Source: Longimicrobiales bacterium (GTDB lineage Bacteria; Gemmatimonadota; Gemmatimonadetes; Longimicrobiales; Gaopeijiaceae). Taken from it: a DNA stretch of 64,000 nt. Numbering within the stretch: position 1 is the first letter of the stretch; the number at the start of each line of letters is the position of its first letter. Of this stretch, positions 39,157 to 48,444 are shown piece after piece. Both the position numbers and the translations under genes were made by a program. The DNA lies in the NCBI GenBank assembly GCA_965204735.1, contig OZ242008.1, positions 4,000,001 through 4,064,000 on the forward strand, read 5' to 3'. Below the pieces are notes generated by a model that did not search any database, was not told where the DNA came from, and saw only the letters and a list, made by a program, of their open reading frames with translations.

Positions 39157-41937
39157 CTACGGAGCCATTGCCCGGTGCCACTCCTCGGGCTTGAGCGAGA
39201 CCAGGTTCGCGAACAGGCGGTAGGCCCCGGGCACGCCGGCGGGGAACTGCCGGAAGAACGCGATCCCGGTGTAGACGTAGAGCCCGTCGCCCACGGGCGC
39301 GACGAGAAGGCCTCCGCGCTTGGGCGCTTCTCCGGGGTCGGCGGTCTCGAGGAGGGGCACGAAGCGGTCGTCCCACTCCGACAGGAAGTAGAGGCCCCGC
39401 TCCTGCACCCAGCCGTCGAAGTCGGAAGGACCGATCGCGTTGGGCGTGGTGAACACCGGCGCGCCGGGCATGGCAATGGACACGGGGGCCGTCTCGTCGG
39501 TGACTCGATCGTGGGGACGGTCGATCCGCACCGGATAGGGCGCGAACCCGCCCTGGGAGTAGCCGTATCGGTTGTACTGCACCACGACCGTGCCGCCTTG
39601 CCGGGCGAACTCCAGCAACGACTCGTTGGCAGCGGCCAAGTCGGGCCGGGTCTCGTAGGCGCGGACGCCGAGAACGAGCGCGTCGTACTCGCCGAAGTCG
39701 CCGTCGCGAACCCGCTCGGGGCCCAGGAGGTCCACCATCGCTCCCATCTGGCGGAGCGCTTCGGGGCCTCCGTCTCCCGAGCCCATCACGTAGCCGATCC
39801 GCAACGACGGGTCGGCCACGACCGGAAACGCCGACACGACGCTCCTCGCGGGGCGCAAGAGGGCGGCGCGCCGAACGTGGGGATGGTCCACCACGTCGTA
39901 GTCGTCGTCGAAGAGGGCGCCGTGCTGATCGACCGCCACAGCCCGGAAGTCGTGGCGTCCCTCCTGCACCGGGCCGGTCGGCGCCGCTCGGAAGGCGAAC
40001 GATCCGCGCGTGCCGTCGGGCCCGGCGCCGGGTTCCAGGTCGAAGGGCGCCGACTCCGGCTCGGTCCGCCATCCGTCCGGGGCGACGACCCGCACGGACC
40101 CGAAACGGCGGGTGGACGACGTGTTGGCGATGACGACGGTGATCTCTCGGGCGTCGGCGGCCCCGACCGGCCAGACCATTACCTGCGGATGCGCTTCCAC
40201 GTCGAGGGCCGGGACGACCAGCACGGGTTCCCGGTACTCGCCCGACGCCGGATCGACCCCCACGTAGCCGCCTCCCCGGCGGACCTCGACGCGGCGCTCG
40301 GAGCCGTCGGGCGGCGCAATGGCCAGGCCGACGGCGACCTGCACGGGAGACGGATCGAACGGCCTCGCCCAGCGCGCCGGCTCGTCCGGCCACTCGTAGA
40401 GCCATCCGTTCCGTTCCTGCTCCAAGTAGTACGGCGCGGACGGGCGGGCGTCGGGCGGAATGCTCGCCGTCCAGCTCCATCGGGCGATCCCGCCGGGGGG
40501 CACGCGCCCGTCCGTCGGCGTGTCCGGCACCGTGGGGCGGAAGAAGAAGGAGCGGGACGACTCCATGGCCGATTCGGCCGTGGGCTCGGCGGTCCATCCA
40601 TCCGGCAGCGCCAGTCGGGGCGCGACGCGGCGAAGCGGCAGGGCGCCGCCGTTCCACACGACGACGTCCACCACCGCCGACTCGCCCGGGGTCAGGAAGC
40701 TCCTCCCGACCCGCGCCTCCACCACCACTCCGGCAGCGGCCAGGGCGGTCTCTCGGACGCGGGCCAAGCGCTGCTCGAGCGTTCGGCGGGCTTCGCCGGA
40801 GGGCGCCTCCTCCACCAGCGCCTCCAGGATGCCCGCCGCTTCCAGCAGTCCGGTTGCCGAGTCCTGGGTTCGCAGGGCGGTCAAGCGGCCGCGGGCGCTG
40901 GCCACGGCTTGCCGGTAGGCGTCCAGGCGCGCCTGCGAGTCTCCCGGCCACTCGGGCGGGAGGGGGTTCGGCAGCTGGCCGAACAACGTCGTGTCCACTC
41001 CGGCGAAGACGCCGTCGGCGTCGCCTTCCCCGACTCGCGACGCCAGGAGTTGCAGCGGCGCGTCCCGGGGACCCATGTACTCGGCCGATCCCATGTCCTG
41101 CGAGCGGTGCCGGCTGCGGCTCCGCATCGCCAGCTGGAAGTAGGAACGCCCCAGGACCGGATCGAACGTGCCGGTGGGCACTCGGACGGTGGCGTCGGCG
41201 CGCGAGAAGCGGGCCGAACGGTACAGCTTGGCGGGCGTCCAGGGCGTCACGCCGTGAGCCGCGAGCTCCGGGAAGCGGTTCGGATCGCCGGCCGCCTCGA
41301 ACGCCTCGAGGGCCAAGACGCCCGCCGCTTGATGGTGGCCATGGCCGTCCCGCGACGTCCCGGAAAAGATCGAGACGACCACGTGAGGCCGGAAGGAGCG
41401 CATCACGAACACCACGTCCCGCAGCACTTCGTCCATGGGCCAATGGGACAGCGTCTCCTCCAACGTCTTGGAGTAGCCGAAGTCGAAGGCCCGGCTGAAG
41501 AACTGGGCGCCGCCGTCCAGCGCGCGGGCCGCCTCGAGCTCGCCGGTGCGGATGATCCCCAGCCCCTCGTGCAGGCGGGGACCTATCAGGTTCTGGCCGC
41601 CTTCGCCGCGCGTCAGGGAGAGGTAGGCCGTTTCGGCGCCGGCGCCTCGGGCCAGCGCCGCCAGAAGGCTCGTGTCCTCGTCGTCGGGGTGCGCGGCGAT
41701 CATCAGCAGGCGCTTGACCCCGTCGAGCTGACGGAACTGGAGAGCGACCGCCGCTGCGCCGCGCTCCTCTTGCCCGGCGGCGCCATGGAGCTGCCCGGCG
41801 GCGCCAAGCCACCCTCCCGCCGCCAGCAGGCAGGCAGCGACGGTCGTCCTTCTCGCCTGCCCGCACCCGGCGCGCCTCCGCCCCGGCCTCCGGCCCAGCA
41901 AGCAGGTCGCGACGGTCGTCCTTCTCGCTTGTCTCAT
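39157..41937 (-). CDS. secreted PIG-L family deacetylase with NEW3-like and class I glutamine amidotransferase-like domains
   Basis: AAHPDDED, TRGEGGQN, DFGYSK, HGHHQ; C-terminal IGYVMGSGD, GVRAY, QERGLYF. Confidence 0.85.
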   Translation of the reverse strand: MRQARRTTVATCLLGRRPGRRRAGCGQARRTTVAACLLAAGGWLGAAGQLHGAAGQEERGAAAVALQFRQLDGVKRLLMIAAHPDDEDTSLLAALARGAGAETAYLSLTRGEGGQNLIGPRLHEGLGIIRTGELEAARALDGGAQFFSRAFDFGYSKTLEETLSHWPMDEVLRDVVFVMRSFRPHVVVSIFSGTSRDGHGHHQAAGVLALEAFEAAGDPNRFPELAAHGVTPWTPAKLYRSARFSRADATVRVPTGTFDPVLGRSYFQLAMRSRSRHRSQDMGSAEYMGPRDAPLQLLASRVGEGDADGVFAGVDTTLFGQLPNPLPPEWPGDSQARLDAYRQAVASARGRLTALRTQDSATGLLEAAGILEALVEEAPSGEARRTLEQRLARVRETALAAAGVVVEARVGRSFLTPGESAVVDVVVWNGGALPLRRVAPRLALPDGWTAEPTAESAMESSRSFFFRPTVPDTPTDGRVPPGGIARWSWTASIPPDARPSAPYYLEQERNGWLYEWPDEPARWARPFDPSPVQVAVGLAIAPPDGSERRVEVRRGGGYVGVDPASGEYREPVLVVPALDVEAHPQVMVWPVGAADAREITVVIANTSSTRRFGSVRVVAPDGWRTEPESAPFDLEPGAGPDGTRGSFAFRAAPTGPVQEGRHDFRAVAVDQHGALFDDDYDVVDHPHVRRAALLRPARSVVSAFPVVADPSLRIGYVMGSGDGGPEALRQMGAMVDLLGPERVRDGDFGEYDALVLGVRAYETRPDLAAANESLLEFARQGGTVVVQYNRYGYSQGGFAPYPVRIDRPHDRVTDETAPVSIAMPGAPVFTTPNAIGPSDFDGWVQERGLYFLSEWDDRFVPLLETADPGEAPKRGGLLVAPVGDGLYVYTGIAFFRQFPAGVPGAYRLFANLVSLKPEEWHRAMAP
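41823..41931. repeat. 37-bp direct repeat (72-bp period) duplicating the PIG-L signal peptide n-region
   Basis: 41823-41859 vs 41895-41931 match at 33/37; encode QARRTTVATCLL and QARRTTVAACLL. Confidence 0.8.
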
Positions 41938-42005
41938 CTCGTCACCGCCTTTGGCCGCTTGGGCCAATGAGGTCGTGGGCCCCCCGAGTCCGGCGTCTCG
42001 CCTTG

Positions 42006-42935
42006 CTACCCTCGCCGCTTGGGCCACGCCAGGGCAAGGGCGGCGGGCGCCCGGGAGCGACCGAAACCACCCGCCAGGGCGACCAACGCCAGAGCGTAGG
42101 GGAGCGCCAGCAGCAGAGGGTAGGGCAGCTCCACGTCCATGGCCTGGAGGGCGAACTGAAGGGCTTCGGCGCATCCGAAGAAGAGGGCTGCCGCCAGAAC
42201 GCCCCTGGGGTCCCACCTGCCCAGCGCCACGATCGCGATCGCGACGAACCCCTTCCCCGCCGACATGCCCTCGCTGAACGTCCCCGTGTGCACCAAGCTC
42301 AAGTGGGCGCCGGCGAGGCCGCCCAGCAACCCGCCGAAGAGGACGGCCATGGTGCGGACCGCCTTCACCGGAACCCCGGCCGCATGGGCGGCGTCCGGTG
42401 CCTCGCCGACGGCCCGAAGCACCAGCCCCCACCGAGTTCGGAAGAGGAACCACCACAGCGCCGGCGCCAGCACATAGACTAGGTAGATGGTTGCGGCCTG
42501 GTCGAAGAGGACGGGCCCCGCAATGGGGATGCGGGACAAGATCGGCGCCTCCCATGCAGGGACCGTCGGCAGCTCCAGGGCCACGCCGGTAGCGCCGAAG
42601 CGGCTCTGGAAGACGGCTCCCGTGAACCCCAGGCTGCCAAGGGCGACGGCGGCGCCGGTGATGATCTGATTGGTGTTCATGAGGACGGCGAAGAGCGCGA
42701 AGACCAGTGCGGCGGCGCACCCGGCCATTGCCCCGCCCGCCAGTCCCCAGTAAGGCCCGGCCGCCAGCGAGCCCAGCGCGGCTCCCAGCGCGCCCCAGAT
42801 CACCGAGCCCTCCATGCCGATGTTGACGACGCCGGCTCGCTCGGAGGCCGTCTCGCCCAGCGCGGCGAGAGCGAGGGGCGCGGCCAAGCCGGTTGCCGCG
42901 GCGAGGACCGACGCGAACGCTGCCGTCTCACCCAT
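42006..42935 (-). CDS. nucleoside/purine ABC importer permease II
   Basis: ERAGVVNIGMEG, RAVGEAP, GKGFVAIA, ALPY. Confidence 0.9.
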   Translation of the reverse strand: MGETAAFASVLAAATGLAAPLALAALGETASERAGVVNIGMEGSVIWGALGAALGSLAAGPYWGLAGGAMAGCAAALVFALFAVLMNTNQIITGAAVALGSLGFTGAVFQSRFGATGVALELPTVPAWEAPILSRIPIAGPVLFDQAATIYLVYVLAPALWWFLFRTRWGLVLRAVGEAPDAAHAAGVPVKAVRTMAVLFGGLLGGLAGAHLSLVHTGTFSEGMSAGKGFVAIAIVALGRWDPRGVLAAALFFGCAEALQFALQAMDVELPYPLLLALPYALALVALAGGFGRSRAPAALALAWPKRRG

Positions 42936-44040
42936 CGGGCGTCCGTCCCGGTCGTCGCCGCTGGCCCCGTCGACCCTGGCGCGCCCCCGCTGCGCTCAAG
43001 CCCCGGTCCACGGCCAGGAGGGCCAGGATCAGGAGGGCTTCCGTGCCCCGCACCCACGCCTCCGGGACTCCGGCGTCCCGCTGCATGGCGCCGCCCCCGG
43101 CGCTCAGGGCGCCGAAGACGACGGCGGCAAGCACGACGGCGGCGGGGTTGAGTCGGGCCAGCAGCGCCACGGCGATCGCCGTGTAGCCCCAGCCCGGCGA
43201 CAGCCCTTCGTACATCCGGCCCGTCACCCCGGCGACCTGCACCCAACCGGCCAAGCCCGCCAGCGCGCCGGAGACGAGGAACGCCAGCCAGATCGTGGGC
43301 TCGACGGCCATGCGGCCGCTGGCCTCGGCGGCCCGTGGCGCCGCGCCCACGGCTCGAAGCCGAAAGCCGCCCGCCGCGCGGGTCAGGTAGAGCCACGCCG
43401 CCCCCGCCAGTACGACGCCGAGCAGAAAGCCCACGTGGAGGCGGCTGCCGGGAAGGAGCGGCGGCAACGCGGCGGCGGCGGGGATCTCGTCGGTCTGGTT
43501 GAAGACCCGCCGGGCTTCCTGCAGCGGTCCCTGCACCAAGTACTGGGCAAGGAAGAGGGCGACGAAGTTCATGAGGAGCGTGGTGATCACTTCGCCCACG
43601 CCCAGGCGCGTCTTCATTGCCGCCGGAACCGCGGCCCACAGGGCTCCCGCCGTCGCTGCCGCGAGGAGCGCGACGGGAAGCAGCCACAGCCACGATCCTC
43701 CGTCCGCCCCGGGGAACGAGACGGCCACGGCCGCGCCCGCCAGGGCTCCGGCGTGCAGCTGGCCTTCCGCGCCGATGTTCCACACCCCGGCCTTGAACGC
43801 GAGGGCCACGGCCAAGCCCGTCAGGAGCAGAGGCGTGGCCTGCACCAGCGTGAACGACGTGAAGCGGTTCCACGACCCGAACGCGCCCTGCCAGAGCGCG
43901 CGGGAGGCTTCGACCGGCGAGTGCCCGCCAAGCGCCAGAAGGGCGGCGGCCACGACGAGGGTCGCCAAGAGCGCGGCCCCGGCTTGCGCAGCCGGCCGAA
44001 GTGCCGTCCCGACGCCCGCGCCGCCAGTCACGGCGCGCAC
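42928..44040 (-). CDS. nucleoside/purine ABC importer permease I
   Basis: WNIGAEGQL, EVITTLLMNF, GWGYTAIAVALL. Confidence 0.9.
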   Translation of the reverse strand: MRAVTGGAGVGTALRPAAQAGAALLATLVVAAALLALGGHSPVEASRALWQGAFGSWNRFTSFTLVQATPLLLTGLAVALAFKAGVWNIGAEGQLHAGALAGAAVAVSFPGADGGSWLWLLPVALLAAATAGALWAAVPAAMKTRLGVGEVITTLLMNFVALFLAQYLVQGPLQEARRVFNQTDEIPAAAALPPLLPGSRLHVGFLLGVVLAGAAWLYLTRAAGGFRLRAVGAAPRAAEASGRMAVEPTIWLAFLVSGALAGLAGWVQVAGVTGRMYEGLSPGWGYTAIAVALLARLNPAAVVLAAVVFGALSAGGGAMQRDAGVPEAWVRGTEALLILALLAVDRGLSAAGARQGRRGQRRRPGRTPDG

Positions 44041-44178
44041 CCTGCAAGTGCCTTCGGCGTGCGCGACGCGCCGGAAGTCCCGACCTCCGCGCCGTCAATC
44101 ACGGTGCGCGCACCCGCGCGCGGACGGCAGCCGCCAACCGGCCCCGGCCCCGACCCAGCGTGCCGCCTGCGCCGTCGA

Positions 44179-45720
44179 TCACGGCCCGACCACGCCGACG
44201 GCGCCCAGCATGATTTCGCCGATGGCGGCCGCGGAGCGCCGGTGCGGTGGCACGGGCGCCAACCGGCCTCGGACCATGACCACGATCCGGTCCGCCAACT
44301 CGAGGATCTCGTCCAGGTCCGGGGAGATCAGGACGACGCCCGGCGGCGGCTTCTCCGATGCCTTGGGACCGACGGGCCGCGCAACTCGCCGCAACCGGCT
44401 CCGAACCGCCTGGGACGCCCGGATGTCGAGTCCGCGTGTCGGCGATTCGGCGACCAGCAGGTCTCCCGACCGAAGGAACTCCCGGCCCGCCAGCAACTTC
44501 TGCTGGTTTCCGCCCGAAAGCTCGGCCGCCGGCTTCGACGGCCCCTCCCGGGCCAGCACGTCCATCTCGTCCAGAAGCCGCGCGGTTCGGCCCTCGACGT
44601 TGCGCCACTTGAGCCATGGCCCGGTCCTGCAGGCCGGGTCGTCGTGCACCGCCAGGGCGATGTTCTCGACGAGCGAGAATCCGCCGACAAGCCCCTCCTC
44701 GGTTCGGTCCTGCGGGATCCACCCCACCACGTCCGGCCGGCGGACCCGGCCCGAATCGGGCTTGGCGACCCCCGCCAACACGGCCGCCAGTTCCCGTTGG
44801 CCGTTGCCTTCCACGCCGGCGACCCCGACGATCTCTCCTCGCCGCACCTCGAAGCTGACCTTCCGCAGTCCGCAACGACTCCTGCCGCGAGAGGTCACGT
44901 CCCTCAGGGAAGCCACGACTTGGCTCGCCTCGACGCTGGCGACACCGTTGCGCAGGACGTCCGAGGGTCCGTCCGAGACCCTGCCCGGGCCCAGGGCCGA
45001 TCCCAACATTGCCTGGGCCAGCTCGGCGGCGGAAGTGGCGGACGCGTCCCTCGCGAGCACCCTCTTTCCATTGCGAAGCACGGTCACGCGATCGGCCACC
45101 GCCAGGACCTCGTCCAGCTTGTGGGCCACCAGCACGATCGCCGCGCCAGAGCGAGCCAGCCGCCGCAGCGCCGCGAAGAGCCCCTCCACTTCCTGGGGCG
45201 CCAGCACGGCCGTCGGCTCGTCCAGAAGCAGAACGCGGGCGGCGCCGATCAACGCCTTGAGGATCTCGACCCGCTGGCGCTCGCCGACGCTCATCTCCCG
45301 GCAGGGCATGTCCAGCTCCACCTCCAGCCCCAACTCCCGGGCGCGGGCCTCCACCCGCTCCCGACGCCCGGGCGCCGCCGTGCCCCGCCGAGTCCACCCG
45401 TCCCGATCGAAGAGCGCCACGTTCTCGAAGCCGGTGAAGCGGGGGACCAGCGAAAAGTGCTGATGGACCATGGACACGCCCAAGGACCGAGAGGCTGCGG
45501 CGTTCCCGAAGGCGACCTCCCGTCCGCCGATCTCCATTTCGCCGGCGTCCACCGACAGGAGGCCCGCCACGGCCCGGGCCAGAGTCGTCTTCCCGGCGCC
45601 GTTCTCCCCCAGAAGCCCGTGAACCTCGCCGGGCGCCAAGTCGAAGCGGACTCCATCCAGGGCCACGACCCGGCCGAACCGCTTGGAGACCCCTCGGAGC
45701 CGTGCCGCGGGAACCGTCAT
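44179..45720 (-). CDS. CUT2-type ABC ATP-binding protein (two ABC domains)
   Basis: GENGAGKT, MSVGERQRVEI, GVEGNGQ, LSGGNQQK, PTRGLD. Confidence 0.9.
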   Translation of the reverse strand: MTVPAARLRGVSKRFGRVVALDGVRFDLAPGEVHGLLGENGAGKTTLARAVAGLLSVDAGEMEIGGREVAFGNAAASRSLGVSMVHQHFSLVPRFTGFENVALFDRDGWTRRGTAAPGRRERVEARARELGLEVELDMPCREMSVGERQRVEILKALIGAARVLLLDEPTAVLAPQEVEGLFAALRRLARSGAAIVLVAHKLDEVLAVADRVTVLRNGKRVLARDASATSAAELAQAMLGSALGPGRVSDGPSDVLRNGVASVEASQVVASLRDVTSRGRSRCGLRKVSFEVRRGEIVGVAGVEGNGQRELAAVLAGVAKPDSGRVRRPDVVGWIPQDRTEEGLVGGFSLVENIALAVHDDPACRTGPWLKWRNVEGRTARLLDEMDVLAREGPSKPAAELSGGNQQKLLAGREFLRSGDLLVAESPTRGLDIRASQAVRSRLRRVARPVGPKASEKPPPGVVLISPDLDEILELADRIVVMVRGRLAPVPPHRRSAAAIGEIMLGAVGVVGP

Positions 45721-45810
45721 GCGAATGGTCTCGCCGGAGTCGACCGGGCGGCAGGCCTCGATGCGCGACGGCGCGCGGCGCGCCAAGTCATGCGAAGGTC
45801 CCGGCGAGAG

Positions 45811-46869
45811 TCAACCAGGCGGCTGGGCCTCGTCGTCCGTCCCCGCCTCCGTCTCCAGGTAGCGGACTCGAGGAACCTCCAGCCGCCCGTCGGCGATCTC
45901 CCGCCGCGCGGCCCCGATCCGCTCCATCGCAGCGGCAGGTACGACGCCGGGAAGCAACGGATTGGGCACGAAATCCACGGCGCCCGACGCCAAGCCCGAG
46001 TGGAGCGGCCCCGCCAGAGTCCCGTTCCGCCATTGACGCGCCGTCCGAAGAAAGATCGTCGGGATGTCGATCACCGCGCTCCCCACGATCACGTCGGGCG
46101 CCACGCTGTTCTGATCCCGGTTCATGCCGAACGCCCAAGCCTCTCGTCCCTCCGCCCTCGCCTCCCGCACGGCCTGGAAGACGCCGAAGCTGGCGGCGTC
46201 CACGTTGTGGATCAGCACGTCGGCCCCCCGGCGGAGCTGGGCCGCCGCCGCTTCCTTGGCCGCCGACACGTCGTCCCAGCTTCCCGTGAAGGTCTCCAGC
46301 ACCGCGGTTGCGGGCCGCACCGCCTTCACCCCTGCCGAGAAGGCCATGAAGGTCCCCCTCACCGGCGGAATCTCGACTCCGCCCACCATCCCCACCATCC
46401 CCGCCTGCGTGACGCTCCCTGCCGCGATCCCCGCCAGGTAGGCCGCCTCGTTCAGGTGGAAGATCAGCGGCACCACGTTGTCCGAATGCCGGGAGCCCGA
46501 GGACACCACGAAGATCGCATCCGGGTATTGCTGCGCCGCGCGCTCGGCGGCGTCCTGGTACTCGAACCCGTGGCCGAAGATCAGTCCGAAGCCGGACTCC
46601 GCGTAGGAGAGGAACGCTTCGTCGAAGTCGGCGGGCGTCCGGGTCTGCTGGTGAGAGACCCGCACGCCCAGCGAGTCGTCGATCCTTTGGAGCCCTTCGT
46701 AGGCGCCCGCGTGCCACCCCGCGTCGCTGACCGGTCCCGAGGTGAGGAGCGCCACCGCCGACGCGGAACGGACGTCGCCGGAGCCGGCCTTCTCGGCGTC
46801 GCCGCAACCCCCGGTCGCCAAGAGGAGAGCCGAGGACGCGACCCCAAGCCTTCCGATGCCCCGCATCAT
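45811..46869 (-). CDS. BMP-family ABC substrate-binding lipoprotein
   Basis: Lipobox TGGC; DAGW, GHGFEY, AAYLAG, GSWDD, GADV; AGGAGG RBS. Confidence 0.9.
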   Translation of the reverse strand: MMRGIGRLGVASSALLLATGGCGDAEKAGSGDVRSASAVALLTSGPVSDAGWHAGAYEGLQRIDDSLGVRVSHQQTRTPADFDEAFLSYAESGFGLIFGHGFEYQDAAERAAQQYPDAIFVVSSGSRHSDNVVPLIFHLNEAAYLAGIAAGSVTQAGMVGMVGGVEIPPVRGTFMAFSAGVKAVRPATAVLETFTGSWDDVSAAKEAAAAQLRRGADVLIHNVDAASFGVFQAVREARAEGREAWAFGMNRDQNSVAPDVIVGSAVIDIPTIFLRTARQWRNGTLAGPLHSGLASGAVDFVPNPLLPGVVPAAAMERIGAARREIADGRLEVPRVRYLETEAGTDDEAQPPG

Positions 46870-46907
46870 CTTGCGCCTCCTGCTGGCCCGACCGGGAATC
46901 CGACAGT

Positions 46908-46916
46908 ATTATACCA
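46908..46916 (-). promoter_or_regulatory. extended -10 promoter of the BMP operon
   Basis: Minus strand reads TGGTATAAT about 40 bp upstream of the start codon. Confidence 0.65.
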
Positions 46917-47015
46917 CATCTGGCCGCGCTCTCCCTCGACTGGCAGCGTTCTCGCTCGACACCAAGCCCAGGCCAAGCCCAGCCCGACTCCTTACTCTAC
47001 CGCAAGGACCATTCG

Positions 47016-48434
47016 ATGAACGGAAACGCCGGAACCAACGACTCCCGCGGCCACTGGAGCTCCAACGTCGGCTTCGTGCTGGCGGCCACCGGCAGCGCGA
47101 TCGGGCTGGGCAACCTGTGGAAGTTCCCCTTCATCACTTGGGAGAACGAGGGCGGCGCCTTCGTCCTGGTCTACCTGATCTGCATCGCCGCGGTGGGACT
47201 GCCGATCATGATGGCCGAGCTGCTCATCGGGCGGCGCAGCCAAAGGAGCGCGGTCGGGGCGCTGAAGGAGGCGGCGGGTCCTCTCTGGGGGATCGTCGGG
47301 GGCTGGGGGGTGCTGGCCGCCTTCATCCTCCTCAGCTACTACACCGTCATCGCGGGCTGGTCGCTGTACTACTTCGCGAAGTCGGTCGGCTGGTCGATGG
47401 GGGGGTTCCCGGAGGGCATCAACACGGGCGACGTGTTCGACGCGCAAGTGGGCAACGCCGGCTTGCAGCTGGCCCTCTCCCTGGGGTTCAGCGTGGCCAC
47501 GATCGCGGTGGTGTACTTCGGAGTGCAGCGCGGGATCGAACGGATCGCCCGCATATTCCTGCCGATCCTCTTCGGCATTTTGGTGCTCATGCTGTTCAGT
47601 GCTCTAGGCATGAACGGGTCCGGCGAGGCGCTGGGCTTCATCTTCCGACCCAACTTCGCGGCGCTGGACGGCGGGTCGGTGCTGGAGGCCCTCGGTCACT
47701 CGTTCTTCACGCTGTCGCTGGGGATGGGCGCGATGATCACGTACGGTTCGTACCTCGCCCGGAATCAGTCCGTGGTGAAGGCTTCCGGAATGATCGTGCT
47801 GCTCGACACGCTGATCGCGCTGATCGCAACGGTCATCATGTTCTCGGTGATCTTCTCGGTGGCGGGGATGTCCGAGCAGGTGTCGGGTACCGGCACCGTG
47901 GGAATGCTCTTCATCTCGCTGCCGCAGCTCTTCTTCACGGAAGTGCCGTTCGGCTCGATACTGGGCCCGCTCTTCTATGTTCTCGTGGCGCTGGCCGCAC
48001 TCACCTCCACGATGTCGCTGCTGGAGGTCGTCACCAGCTACATGATCGACGAGCGCGGCATCGCTCGCCACAAAGCCACGGTCGTCTCCGGTACGGCGAT
48101 CTTCGTCTTCACGATCTTTGCGGCGCTGTCGTTCACGGGCACGCGCTGGCTGTCTACCCTTTCCTTCGGGTACCTCGGCGGTGACAAGGAAGGCTGGTTC
48201 AGCAACGCCGACCACTTCGTGTCGAACTGGATGCTGCCGACCGGCGGCTTGCTCATCGCCTTGGCCGCGGGCTGGTTCATGACCCGCAAGGCGACTAAGG
48301 ACGAGCTGGTCGACGGAACCGAACCGCGCTGGTTCCACTACGGCGCTTGGCGCTTCTTCATCCGCTGGGTGGCGCCGGCGGCCGTGCTGGCGATCATCAT
48401 TGCCGTGATCTTCTTCGACCAGGACTTCAGCTAA
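47016..48434 (+). CDS. NSS/SNF-family sodium-dependent transporter
   Basis: GSAIGLGNLWKFP, GGAFVLVY, FFTLSLGMG, AALTS. Confidence 0.93.
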   Translation: MNGNAGTNDSRGHWSSNVGFVLAATGSAIGLGNLWKFPFITWENEGGAFVLVYLICIAAVGLPIMMAELLIGRRSQRSAVGALKEAAGPLWGIVGGWGVLAAFILLSYYTVIAGWSLYYFAKSVGWSMGGFPEGINTGDVFDAQVGNAGLQLALSLGFSVATIAVVYFGVQRGIERIARIFLPILFGILVLMLFSALGMNGSGEALGFIFRPNFAALDGGSVLEALGHSFFTLSLGMGAMITYGSYLARNQSVVKASGMIVLLDTLIALIATVIMFSVIFSVAGMSEQVSGTGTVGMLFISLPQLFFTEVPFGSILGPLFYVLVALAALTSTMSLLEVVTSYMIDERGIARHKATVVSGTAIFVFTIFAALSFTGTRWLSTLSFGYLGGDKEGWFSNADHFVSNWMLPTGGLLIALAAGWFMTRKATKDELVDGTEPRWFHYGAWRFFIRWVAPAAVLAIIIAVIFFDQDFS

Positions 48435-48444
48435 AGCTAGGCGA

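Noticed and set aside
39175..41970. 931-aa plus-strand ORF and 947-aa alternative minus frame
   Set aside because: Shadow frames of the PIG-L gene
42814..47019. 1401-aa plus-strand ORF
   Set aside because: Antisense to the ABC/BMP operon; low-complexity Arg/Gly/Pro translation
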